Assembly (NCBI GenBank): GCA_964016885.1
Contig: OZ024760.1
Span: 8,122,001 to 8,186,000, forward strand
DNA: 64,000 bases
Direction of reading: 5' to 3'
From: Eledone cirrhosa
Taxonomy: Eukaryota
Shown here: positions 51,269 through 59,769 of the stretch, one piece after another
How positions within the stretch are numbered: the stretch's first letter is position 1
How the letters are laid out: each line of letters begins with the position of its first letter
Made by a program: the position numbers and the translations under genes
The notes under the pieces: model-generated
Databases searched by the model: none
Told to the model about the DNA's origin: nothing
Seen by the model: only the letters and a program-made list of their open reading frames with translations

Positions 51269-53696
51269 TATATATATATATATATATATATAGGTATATA
51301 TATATATATCATCATTTCATTTTACGTCCGCTTTTCCCTGCTTGCAAGGGTGGGACGGGAACTGATTCTGGCTTGATTTCTACAGTTGGATGCCCTTCCT
51401 AACACCAACCTCATTTACAGTGAGTGCTGGGTGCTTTTTAACCGTGGCACCTCCACGACCACTTTCCAGTGGAATGATAGGGATCCCAGTCCCTGGAGCA
51501 ATGTGAAATAAAGTGTTTTGCTCAAGGACACAACACATCACCCAGTCTGAGAATTGAACTCACAACCTTTCTATTGCAAGGCCAATGCCACTAAGCCATG
51601 TGCCTCCATATATAAATATATATATATGAACTCTTTATGTTCTGAGTTCAAATTCCACTGTGGCCAATAAAATAAAGTACCAGTTAATTGCTGGCCTTGT
51701 GCCAGTGTTAGAAAGATTATTATTATTATTTAGTTAGTTTTGGACGTTTACATTCTGAATTCAAACCCCTCCGATGTTAGTTTTGCTTTTCATCCTTATG
51801 GGGTTGATAAAGTACCAGTAACCCACTGGGGTCGATTTAATTGACTTTCCCCCTACTCCTTCAAAATGCTGGCCTAGTGCCTAAAGTAGAAACAATTATT
51901 ATTAGAATTGGCAGAATCGGTAGAGGGTCAGATGCCATGCTTTCTAGAACAGTTACGTCCCTTTACGATCTCAGTTCAAATCCCGCCAAGGTTAACTTTG
52001 CCTTTCATCCTTACGAGGTCGATAATAAAGTACCAGTAATGTACTGGGTAATTGCTGGCCTTGTGCCTAAAGTAGAAACAATTATTTATATCATAAGGGG
52101 CGGTGGATTGGCAGAATTGGTAGAGGGTCGGACATGCTTTCCAGCATAGTTACGACCCTTTACGATCTGAGTTCAAATCCTGTCGAGGTTAACTTTGCCT
52201 TTCATCCTTACGGGGTCGATAAAATAAAGCACCAGTAATGCACTGGGGGTAATTTGCTGGCCTTGTGCCAAAAGGTAGAAACAATTATATATTAATAGAT
52301 ATTTTCTAAGAAGAAATGGATGTTTGTGTGACAACTGATAGAAATACAACAAACAACAAACTGAAAAGAACTTTAAAACTCTTGTCATATAGAGAGGAAC
52401 TTATAAATAAACATATCAAACATGTCACTTTAGTGGTTTATTGACTAATAACAACAATAGAAGTCTAATATTAGTAGAGAGGGTTTCTAATTAGTCTTTT
52501 CTATTGCTTTCTTTGTCTCCACACAGACATACACAGACACATACATACACACAGACACATACATACACACAGACACATGTTCACACACAGACACATACAT
52601 ACACACTCAGACATACATATGCACACAGATACATCTATATCAGGGGTGTGCAACATATTCCATTGGCGGGCCACTTTTGAGCATTTGAATAACTATTAGG
52701 GCCAGTCACTGTCAAAAATATGTCATAAAAACATTGTGAATACATTTTTAAACAAAGACAAATAAAATATAATTTAGTTTTATTAATGTGAGACTTGGTG
52801 TTTGGAATAGGTCAACTAACAGAAAATTGTATTACGGTCACGAAAAAAATTCTAAATAAGCCTACAAGGTAAAAATTAAAAACGGTCATCGTGGCCCACT
52901 CTGACTGGTCTGCAGGGCTGGATTGAGGCCCGCGGGCTGCCTGTTGCATGCCCCTGATCTATATAAACCTGTGGTTTATTAAAAAAAACCTGTTTAATAT
53001 TGGGGGAAGGTTTGGTATCTGCAATTTCCTATGTGGAATGAAAATATAACCACATATAATAAATACAATTAATGGGTGGTCTTTTAAGGGTTTTACAAGA
53101 AGAGTTTTCAAATAACAATAGAGAGAACCAATGTGTCCGAACATGAAAGAGCCGAACTCCCACTGTCATCGCCTCCATCTCTCTGTGTTATGGGGTCCCA
53201 CATGCAGGCTGTCCCACAGCTCCTGCGGACAGAATGGAGGTGTTTCCCCGGAGGATGGTTAAGGATGTGCGCTGGAAGAGCCATTGCATCTCGTAAGGCT
53301 CACACCTGCGGCTAGCCAGCTCAGTGCCTATGGTGGTAAGTAGGGAGGTAGCCCTAGTGCCAAGGACACCAGAGGTCTCCACTGCCAAGGGCACAACCGC
53401 AAACCTGTCGGAGAACGACCGGTACTTGGGAGAGTTTGCCCTCCTCAGCCTGAAGTGCAGCAGAACCTGGGTTAGTCGCAGACTATGTTGTGTGGGTGGT
53501 GTCTGCATTTTCTGTTGTGGGTGTTTTTGTGATGTGTGGAGTCTTTTTCTAATAATAATGCTTTCTGATTTAGGCAGAAGGCTAGCAATTTGGGGGAGGG
53601 GAGAGTCAATTAAATCAACACCAGTGCGTTACTGGTACTTTATTTTATCGACCCCGGAAAGATAAAAGGCAAAACTAATCAGACATATATCATCAT

Positions 53697-53764
<68 letters not shown>

Positions 53765-53805
53765 GATGTAGGCATGGATCTGTGTGTGTATATGTGTACA
53801 TATGT

Positions 53806-53839
<34 letters not shown>

Positions 53840-54573
53840 ATGCTTGCATGTGTTGGAATAAACCCTTGCAAGCGTGGAAAAGCGGAAGTAAAAACGTTGA
53901 TGATATATATACACACACACTTCGTTTTTTAATTTGTTTTGCAAGATTTCTTATCTGAAAACGTGTGTTGAAACATATATTTTGGGAGGGTCATGTTGAC
54001 AATAAAAACACAGGCACCTGTTAGTTTTCACTTCAATTTATTATAAATTTCCAGTTGGTTGGTTCGATAACCGGATGTTGTTTATATATTGTCAAAGCTC
54101 TTTCGTTACACATTCTGTGACCTCATCAGCACACAACACAAAAACAAGATGGTGTAGGATAGAACAAAGGAGAGACACAAAATAAAAACCCAGTCACTAG
54201 CGATACGTGGACTGAATTCAATTTTTCAGCTATTTCGTTAAAAACATATCTGCAAGGGTGCTTAGCTATTCCAGCACTTTAGTCACGCCATCACCCGAGA
54301 CAATTCCATGTTGCAATGTGTAATCATTTATGTATCCACGTCTTCGCCCATGTTTTATTTATGTTTCATTTTTTTTTTTTTTCGCTAATTAGTTCATTTT
54401 GATTTGCATGTAGAGAGCTCTATAAGAGAGTATATATGGTTGCCAAGTAGCTTTATATAAAGCTCAATGTGTTTATGTAGATACAGATGGAAAATATGAG
54501 AGAAATTCTTAAGGTAAAATATAGAGAAAGAGAGGCATAAACAGAGAGCATATGCAACCCAAAGAGGATGGTA

Positions 54574-54638
<65 letters not shown>

Positions 54639-55184
54639 TAAAGTTAGTCCTTCATCAGTGATCTTCCAACCATCATTGGTATTTCATCACTTTAAAGACC
54701 ATATACCTCCGGTTGGTGCGAGTAACGGCTAAAAAAAGTTGTTGGGACACGTAAATAAAGGGGACACGAGAGTGTAAACAAACAAAGATGGTGAAGCAAC
54801 GAAAAGTGAGGAAGAACGAGTCAAGTCCCAAATTTCTATGAATATAAGTTCGGTGAAATCGTGAACGAGAGAGAATAAAGACCATCAAACCTGGTTGGAA
54901 TGTGAGCAAGGAAGGAATTCCGTACAGGTCTAACGGGAGGAAATATATATATATTTATTCAGGTTTGAAGGTTCACCACTGGATAGAGCTGGTCAATTCA
55001 GTATGGTCAATCTTAATGTAATAATATGGAGAGTACTCAACATAAAGCAGTTCAACCGTCTTCGTTTTTGTAGTTGGTGGTGCTAGTAGGGAGTTAAATA
55101 TTATAATAAAATGACAGGAGGCTGGACTTGTGTAAATCCTTGAAAGGTTTACACAAGTCCAGCCTCCTGACATTTTTTTATTAT

Positions 55185-55220
<36 letters not shown>

Positions 55221-55383
55221 ATTTAAAACTGCACTATCCACAAGTGTTTTTTGGCCTTCATATCATGTCCTCCTGTTTTATCTGATGAAAACACAAATAT
55301 TATTGCATGATGATGTTTGTTTTTGAAATGCGCATAATAAAAAATACATGGAACTCCTTTAACCATCTTTTGATCTTATATAT

Positions 55384-55416
<33 letters not shown>

Positions 55417-55916
55417 GAGAGGATAACAAGGACGATTGGTTACTCCTTCATTACATTTATTGGTAGGTGACGCACGTTTCACCACTGATCAGCTCAAGGT
55501 TTGATCTGTATCGATCTTACCCGACTCTATAATCGGCAGCCCGACGGACCCTTTAAAATGCTATAAGAAAATGAAAAGTTACACTCCCTAGATATATATA
55601 TATATAAAAATATCCAATACTAAAAATTAAGGCTATAACTCCACTATCCGGGAGCTTCCAACAATAATGGTTGCATTCTTTAAGGGTATGTCAATATTTA
55701 TTTGTAAAACTGATCTATATTATATTTTATCTGATGAAAGCACACCATAATTTAACTTGGTGTCCTTGATATATGTATAATAAAATAATATGGTTTTATA
55801 AATATAGTTTCCATTTATTAATATATCGTATTTTTACTCCAATTATTTGTTGAGTGCTTTATATCAGTTATAAAAATATTTGCTTGTTGTATCCCAACAA
55901 TTTAAATAGAACTCTT

Positions 55917-55959
<43 letters not shown>

Positions 55960-56573
55960 AACGAGTAGGACCCCGACGGCTGAGCTCAAGCCGTTTCGAC
56001 GGCTAATAATGAGTCCAGAATTAGCCGTCGAAACGGCTTGAGCTCAGCCGTCGGGGTCCTACTCGTTCCTATTACCCACTCTACTACCCTAAGTATTGAG
56101 TACTTTGGTGCGTTATGGTCCACCTGGTTCCTTACCACATTTCCTTCGTTATATATATATATATATATAGTTATGTAATAAACAACATAAGATAATTATT
56201 TCATTTAATAGGGGTTTCTTGAAGACAGATGTTTATATTAACCACTGGTAAATGAATTAATTAACTTATGTTGTTTATTACATAACTAATAAGCTCTGTA
56301 GCCTACATAGAGCACTCTCTTTTCCGGTATATTTCCTACGGAAATACTTCATTTATATATAAATATAAATATATACACACACACACATATATATATATTA
56401 TACTTTAACTTTAATTATATCTCATAAAATAATACAACTGGTTTTTCCACATTATACATATTGTTAGCACCCCAAACACTTAAATTGGGTTTATATTTTA
56501 ATATAACCTAATGTTTGTTGAGTGAGATGGTTACCAGTCAGAGTTTAGCTTTAAACTATCTCTGTTATTGTAT

Positions 56574-56614
<41 letters not shown>

Positions 56615-56979
56615 AAGATGAAGTTGAAAGGTATGTCAAATCTATTTATTTATAAGACTGTTTATATTGTATTTTGTCTGAAGAAGGCATACCATATTTT
56701 TAATGTGATATCCCTGAAATATATATAATGAAATAAATATGGTTTTATAAATATAGTTTCCATTTATTTAATATCGTATATATATATATATATATATTTC
56801 GACAACAGCTCGGCCATTGGGCACTGACTATTTACAATACATAGACTCTACTTTCCTAACTAGTACTTAGTTGAACATGGTCTTACTAGTCTAACTGGTA
56901 ACTCTTAATCTATCTATCTGTGGAAAATACAGAAACATATCTATCTAACGAAATATCTTTGATAGTTACATAATTGTTT

Positions 56980-57029
<50 letters not shown>

Positions 57030-57274
57030 ATATATATTATATATATATATATTATATATATATATATTATATATATATATGGAACTAGCTGTTGAAACGG
57101 CAAGAGCTCAGCCGTCGGGTCCCGATTCATTATAATATATATATTGGATGTGCGCGTGCAACTAAGTGTGTTTTTTCAGAAGAGAATGACAATCAAATAA
57201 GGTACTCAATACATTACAATATTAAAGAAGAAATACATATTTATTTCCTATAGTAATTACAACATGTATATATG

Positions 57275-57305
<31 letters not shown>

Positions 57306-57603
57306 AACGTATGTTATTAGCTGTAGATTCCGATATTAATATCCATTTAAGTATATTTTTTAGATGTAACCATATAATCAGACACGACGATAGTAAATGT
57401 ATAAACGGATAATTAAATATGTTTAACAATATCAAATAAATGCCTAGTAGTTAATGAGAGTAAATAACTAACAACCAGGAAGCGGCCAGTATTTCTTCGA
57501 AACCTTACCTGGTCCAGTATTTGCCTGGTGAAAGCCTTTCATCGTCTGCTCGTATCAAAACACGACATATTCGATCGTCATCTCGCTTGGAACTTTGCGC
57601 CAT
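24988..57603 (-). CDS. SLC17A9: Solute carrier family 17 member 9-like (VNUT; MFS anion/nucleotide transporter), 12 coding exons, 449 aa
   Basis: Hand-spliced exons 57603-57509, 48309-48183, 47356-47137, 45747-45648, 40134-40061, 38703-38532, 34743-34647, 34046-33959, 32200-32166, 29988-29817, 28806-28777, 25127-24988 sum to 1350 nt with compatible phases and GT-AG ends. Family motifs: WTR..[98 protein letters not shown]. Confidence 0.93.
25427..25473 (+). ncRNA. Degenerate type I hammerhead motif (family C)
   Basis: TGCC-TTGAAAA-GTCC..GGAC-GAAA-CAGCTG-TC-GGCA: all three stems and the GUC site are intact, but the CUGANGA core has two substitutions. Confidence 0.6.
25932..25967 (-). ncRNA. 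Minimal type I hammerhead motif (family A)
   Basis: Minus: TCTT-CTGATGA-AGG[ACTAGCA]TCT-GAAA-CG-TT-AAGA; homologous decayed copy at 48895-48930 (CTAACGA-A-GGAT[TAGT]ATCC-GAAA). Confidence 0.6.
26260..26652 (+). mobile_element. tRNA-derived SINE with RTE-LINE tail and (TGA)n end
   Basis: GGAGGCACATGGCTTAGTGG head, B-box-like GAGTTCAATTC; near-identical minus-strand copies at about 20161-20505, 27350-27696, 40594-40939, 47563-47902, 51308-51607. Confidence 0.85.
26679..26914 (-). mobile_element. Short non-autonomous Helitron (about 236 bp)
   Basis: Minus strand A|TCTACTAAC... start at 26914, 3' hairpin GCCATCA-TTTT-TGATGGC, end CTAG|T at 26679. Confidence 0.65.
27350..27696 (-). mobile_element. 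Same RTE-tailed SINE family, inverted relative to the 26260 copy
   Basis: Reverse-complement match to 26260-26652. Confidence 0.85.
28079..28288. mobile_element. piggyBac-type MITE
   Basis: TTAA|CCCTTTAGCATTTA ... TAAATGCTAAAGGG|GTAA; sister copies at about 21010-21230 and 45119-45326 (inverted). Confidence 0.75.
28375..28640 (+). mobile_element. CR1-like LINE 3' end
   Basis: FFTLRVAEAWNKLPASVV..DTASFK plus 3' UTR and (ATT)n tail; inverted copy at about 59616-59892, tail only at about 47440-47475. Confidence 0.75.
28777..28806 (-). CDS. SLC17A9: SLC17A9 exon 11 ([10 protein letters not shown]), 30 nt
   Basis: CAG acceptor, GTATG donor, G..N.AGA..G motif. Confidence 0.9.
28855..29700 (+). 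repeat. 47/48-bp minisatellite derived from the SINE AAAAAGCACCCAG..CACTGTAA motif
   Basis: GGTGACATGACAAAAAGTACCCAGCCCACTCTGTAAGGTGATTG units; a related diverged array at 38870-39295. Confidence 0.88.
29817..29988 (-). CDS. SLC17A9: SLC17A9 exon 10 (TVALCGSAIFLMLIG...[15 protein letters not shown])
   Basis: CAG acceptor, GTATG donor, N.QD.AP..AG..FG motif; overlaps listed ORF 29764-29985. Confidence 0.94.
30777..31280 (-). mobile_element. RTE-clade LINE 3' fragment with (TGA)n tail
   Basis: YDACVRSAMLHGSETW...LERNEASMLRWMC...RERRLRWYGHVMRM; other pieces at about 41588-41750, 44920-45065, 45825-46070, 58730-59480. Confidence 0.85.
32166..32200 (-). CDS. SLC17A9: SLC17A9 exon 9 (YTVTFVRKCME), 35 nt
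   Basis: CAG acceptor, GTAAG donor, VRK motif, phases fit exons 8 and 10. Confidence 0.88.
33959..34046 (-). CDS. SLC17A9: SLC17A9 exon 8 ([30 protein letters not shown])
   Basis: TAG acceptor, GTAAG donor, GW.FNVVPW motif. Confidence 0.93.
34647..34743 (-). CDS. SLC17A9: SLC17A9 exon 7 ([32 protein letters not shown])
   Basis: CAG acceptor, GTAAG donor, LLSW.PT.F motif. Confidence 0.93.
34812..37340 (+). repeat. 13-bp minisatellite AACACAGAA(C/T)C(C/T)C, about 194 copies
   Basis: Uninterrupted 13-mer array in SLC17A9 intron 6. Confidence 0.97.
37550..37800 (-). mobile_element. Degenerate RTE-type LINE fragment
   Basis: Minus frame RWDGHI...DNRWMIRVTEWTPRKWTRSKGRPRTR with stops. Confidence 0.65.
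38532..38703 (-). CDS. SLC17A9: SLC17A9 exon 6 (TCGIIWLLLLRYCLIS...VPWLTLSTKLAFW)
   Basis: CAG acceptor, GTAAG donor, VPW..L..K.AFW loop motif. Confidence 0.9.
40061..40134 (-). CDS. SLC17A9: SLC17A9 exon 5 (TLFTGSIGSLLLDNYGWQSAFYFIG)
   Basis: TAG acceptor, GTGAG donor, GW...FY MFS motif. Confidence 0.92.
41000..41217 (-). mobile_element. tRNA-derived SINE, further family
   Basis: tRNA-like head plus GGACCGAGGAAACAATGTTTCCATTGG body; copies at about 30145-30355 and 23785-23960. Confidence 0.65.
41260..41986 (+). mobile_element. Non-autonomous Helitron with nested RTE fragment and microsatellites
   Basis: A|TCTATATAATACTAAAAG 5' end at 41260; 3' hairpin TGACCC-AAC-GGGTCA (41960-41974) then CTAG at 41983-41986. 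Pairing of the two ends is inferred. Confidence 0.6.
41987..44681 (+). mobile_element. Helitron deletion derivative carrying a Pif1-family helicase frame
   Basis: 5' TCTATATATATAAAAATG at 41987, subterminal tandem repeats 42034-42390, 3' GC-GAA-GC hairpin (ctgagcgaagccggg) followed by CTAG|T at 44678-44682. Confidence 0.88.
42624..44492 (+). CDS. Helitron RepHel C-terminal half: Pif1-family SF1 DNA helicase (open frame from 42624; first ATG 42870 gives 540 aa)
   Basis: DAPGGTGKT (Walker A), IIWDECTM (Walker B), GDFRQTLPV, NMR, LCNGTRL, RLQFPVRLAFAMTINKAQGQS, FSHGQLYVACSRV; upstream RGPTSF...TYREAC..LNLLEND..W linker typical of RepHel; intronless. Confidence 0.9.
   Translation, partial: PGHIRGPTSFQEFRTVNGQVCATYREACQELNLLENDGHWDTSLADASNTARPKQIRTLFSIILTTCYPSNPKDLWEKYKDYMSEDILHRLRATNQNMNIQFTQNVYNEALVSIEVICLAIANKTLVQLGMPAPNRSVNDIFDRDLQRETNFDVAELGTFVQTNLPKLLPEQRIVYDQIMQAIISQSSTLYFIDAPGGTGKTFLISLILATIRSENNIALAIASSGIAATLLDGGRTAHSALKLPLNMQIAETSTCNITKNSGIGKVLQSCKIIIWDECTMAHKKSLEALNNTLKDLKGNEHLFGSTLILLSGDFRQTLPVIPRSTPADELHACLKSSVLWRHIQKLTLKNNMRVQLQNDASAERFTKQLLDIGNGKMVIDDSTKCITLPTNFCRITATRDELIHKVFPNIAQHYKNHQWLSVRAILAAKNTDVNAINFSIQNEIPGEATTYKSIDTVMNQDEIINYPIEFLNSLDLPGMPPHILTLKIGVPIILLRNINPPQLCNGTRLSVKKTMNNIIEATILNGKFKGEDVLLPRIPIIPTDTPFDFKRLQFPVRLAFAMTINKAQGQSLQVCGLNLENPCFSHGQLYVACSRVGKPSDLFVYAPEGKTKNIVYPKALQ
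45428..45620 (+). repeat. 60-bp tandem repeat, 3 copies
   Basis: CAAATACAAGAGAAAAAGTTGGCCCAACACACCACAACG at 60-nt spacing. Confidence 0.9.
45648..45747 (-). CDS. SLC17A9: SLC17A9 exon 4 (FHYPSFTSIISRKVIEQERSLIYTFISSGSYLG)
   Basis: TAG acceptor, GTGAG donor, phase 1 in / 2 out. Confidence 0.92.
46075..47050 (+). repeat. 71-bp tandem repeat, about 13 copies, RTE-LINE-derived
   Basis: The unit's reverse complement encodes ERNKACMLRWMC, matching RTE LERNEASMLRWMC near 31150. Confidence 0.9.
47137..47356 (-). CDS. SLC17A9: SLC17A9 exon 3 ([28 protein letters not shown]...SRVLLGIFQG)
   Basis: Poly-T CAG acceptor, GTAAG donor, MFS motif A-like GGYLSDRVG; overlaps listed ORF 47078-47320. Confidence 0.95.
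48183..48309 (-). CDS. SLC17A9: SLC17A9 exon 2 ([42 protein letters not shown])
   Basis: CAG acceptor, GTAAGT donor, SLC17 TM1 motif. Confidence 0.92.
49089..49349. mobile_element. MITE-like inverted repeat (about 54-bp arms)
   Basis: ATTATAAAGACGAGAGACGGTTTT... versus ...AAAACCGTCTCTCTTCTTTATAAT. Confidence 0.65.
50998..51141. mobile_element. Small palindromic MITE
   Basis: AAGATCAAAAGATGGTTAAATGAGTTCCATGTATTT / AAATACATGGAACGCATTTAACCATCTTTTGATCTT; partial copy at about 55288-55386. Confidence 0.7.
52641..52956. mobile_element. hAT (Charlie-like) MITE, 316 bp
   Basis: TIRs CAGGGGTGTGCAAC / GTTGCATGCCCCTG, perfect 8-bp TSD ATCTATAT (52633-52640, 52957-52964). Confidence 0.9.
53188..53465 (-). 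mobile_element. CRE-like (restriction-like endonuclease) non-LTR retrotransposon C-terminal fragment
   Basis: KY...RFAVVPLAVETSGVLG..A..LL..IG..LA......WLFQRTSLTILRGN pattern. Confidence 0.65.
54091..54133 (-). ncRNA. Type I hammerhead ribozyme motif (family B, second copy; stem I disrupted)
   Basis: Minus: CTGATGA-G-GTCACA[GAATG]TGTAAC-GAAA-GAGC-TT-TGAC; the 5' strand of stem I (tgtg) no longer pairs cleanly. Confidence 0.6.
55955..56150 (+). mobile_element. Palindromic repeat element (perfect 53-bp arms, 12-nt spacer) plus conserved tail
   Basis: 55955-56007 is the exact reverse complement of 56020-56072; the same family occurs at about 13417-13570, 34181-34300 and 57083-57125. Confidence 0.8.
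56671..56734 (+). ncRNA. Type I hammerhead motif (family D)
   Basis: ATTTTGT-CTGAAGA-AGG...CCT-GAAA-TATATA-TA-ATGAAAT; sister copy at 55724-55786 has a perfect 7-bp stem I and CTGATGA but GAAA changed to GATA. Confidence 0.55.
57509..57603 (-). CDS. SLC17A9: SLC17A9 exon 1 (MAQSSKRDDDRICRVLIRADDERLSPGKYWT-R)
   Basis: ATG at 57603-57601, open 95 nt, donor AG|GTAAG, phase 2 matches exon 2. Confidence 0.85.
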
Positions 57604-57635
57604 GTTTAGACGCCATAGGGCCGTTCCAGGGGGAG

Positions 57636-57649
57636 GTAACCGTAGTAAC
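57636..57649. promoter_or_regulatory. RFX X-box-like motif just upstream of the SLC17A9 start codon
   Basis: GTAACCGTAGTAAC fits GTNRCC-N2-RGYAAC; extra half-sites GGTAAC (57663) and GTAGCAAC (57850). Confidence 0.4.
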
Positions 57650-59738
57650 TCTCCCAACTATTGGTAACACAGCCCTCACCACCATCACGATTTTATCGGG
57701 TAAATGTGGAGATTCACGGCGTAGTTAAAAATAATGTTTTCTTTATTAACCACAAATAAAAAAAAATAATAAAAACTTCTTCTCCCATATATTCCAAAGA
57801 GGGACGTAAGGACAGAGTCCACAAACACTCCTTCAAGTGGGGCCTGTCAGTAGCAACCGACTCCAACTGATCCGGCCAGATCCCTAACTGTGACTAGTCA
57901 AGTTCATGGATGTTATCCAACCATCTTGTTCGGGATCAAAGCATCTATGCATGGGTTGGGCAGGCAATATGGGGGGGGGGGGGGGGTTAGCATGTCTTGG
58001 GAAATTATTTTTTGTCAACCTTGCAGAGCCTGTCCCCTTTCCAAGTTCTTCTACTACTGCCATAAATTATAACAATCCATTTTTCACCTCATTCGTCAAC
58101 CTATCTTTTCACCTCTCTGAATTTCAACTTCTCAAGTGGCAAATTGGGGGAATTGTAAGAATATGGGATAGAATGCCTTGTAGTATTTGTTCCAGGTCCC
58201 TACACTCCCTGAGTTCAAATTCTGCTGAGGTCAACTTTACCTTTCATCCTTTCAAAGTTGATAAAAAAAAGTACCAGTCTACTACTGAGATAAATTCTTC
58301 CTCTATATCTCTTTCTCACTTTCTCTGGAAGAAACCTGGAGAGGAGATGAGCTCCGCCAGGTTTGAAGTACCCAACACATGTTGTATGTCACTACGGAAA
58401 CCCTACGACTCCATCAGGGGTCACGGGTCCATATACAACTTTCATCCCCACCATCCTTTTAAAGAATGCTCATAAAAACTCCCCTTATTCTTCAATAGTG
58501 TAGCCCCCTCCTCACTTCCATAACCATTCGACTGTTTCTTGTTTGCCATCAAACTGTAAATGGGGGTCCTTGCTCTCAGACTTTATCATATAAGAAGCAA
58601 TCTCTTCTCCAGAGCTTGGTTCAACAATTCAGTCCCCACTTTTTGCTGTATATTTACAGCACATTGTACATAACCTCTACCCAGATCTTCCTCTACTACC
58701 ACTTCTCTCTACTGGGATCTCTTGCCATTTCTTCACCCAATGATCATCATCCATTTGTGTCATGTCCATACCAGTGCAGTTTTTTCTCTTGCACACTGCA
58801 TCTGATTCCTCTCATACCTGATTTTCTTTTTCTCAGCTCATTGATGCACATTAACAGTACACATCCAATGGTGCACACTTGCTTTATATCTTTGAAACCT
58901 TCATATATCCTTGGCAATTACTGCCCAAGTCTCACTAACATGTGGCATTGCACTTCTTACACAGGCATCGTACAATCTACCCTTCACTCAAAGAAAAAAA
59001 ATTATTTTCTTATTTTAGCTACTATGCTTTCAGAGTAACCTCCTTCATTGCTAATTTAGTCTCCTGGGAAACAGAAGCTATCAACTACTTTGATGGTACT
59101 TTTAGCAGAGGTAGTAGCTCTCTGACCCTTTTCTTATTCTAGTTACTCTGCTTTCAGTGCAACCTCCTTCACATATAATTGTATCAACTAGGTAACAGAG
59201 GCTATCAACCACTTCTATGGCACATTCCCAGAGATTGGAAACAGGTTATTTCACTGATGTTCTTACTAGCAACTATAACTGTACATTGTTAGATATAAAG
59301 ACTAACTTTTCTGTTAGCCTACCTTCTATTTCACTACATCTCTTGCACAACCTGTTAGAAATAACAGCCAAATCTCACTCATCTAGCAATTTAAATAAGT
59401 AAAAGACACATAGGATAATGTAGTGGTGCCTGACGTGCTCCTAAGATGTTATCATTACTGTATTGGTCCCTTTAGCCACAGGTCTCCTCAATTGGGGAAA
59501 ACCTGGGACTAAACAAAAGGCCAGCTGTATAGTTTGGTAAGTGAACTAACCGAGGTTTAACTCTTTTAATATGAAACTGCTTGAAGCCACCCTGGATTTG
59601 TGATCAAAACTACTTAATAATAATAATGAAATTATTGTGTACAGTGCTCAGGTGCACTACAACTCGTCAAAGGTGCATGTATAGTACATAGAATAATGTA
59701 CAAATGTCAGGAAAGTAAACAGTGTATGAGCCATGATA

Positions 59739-59769
<31 letters not shown>

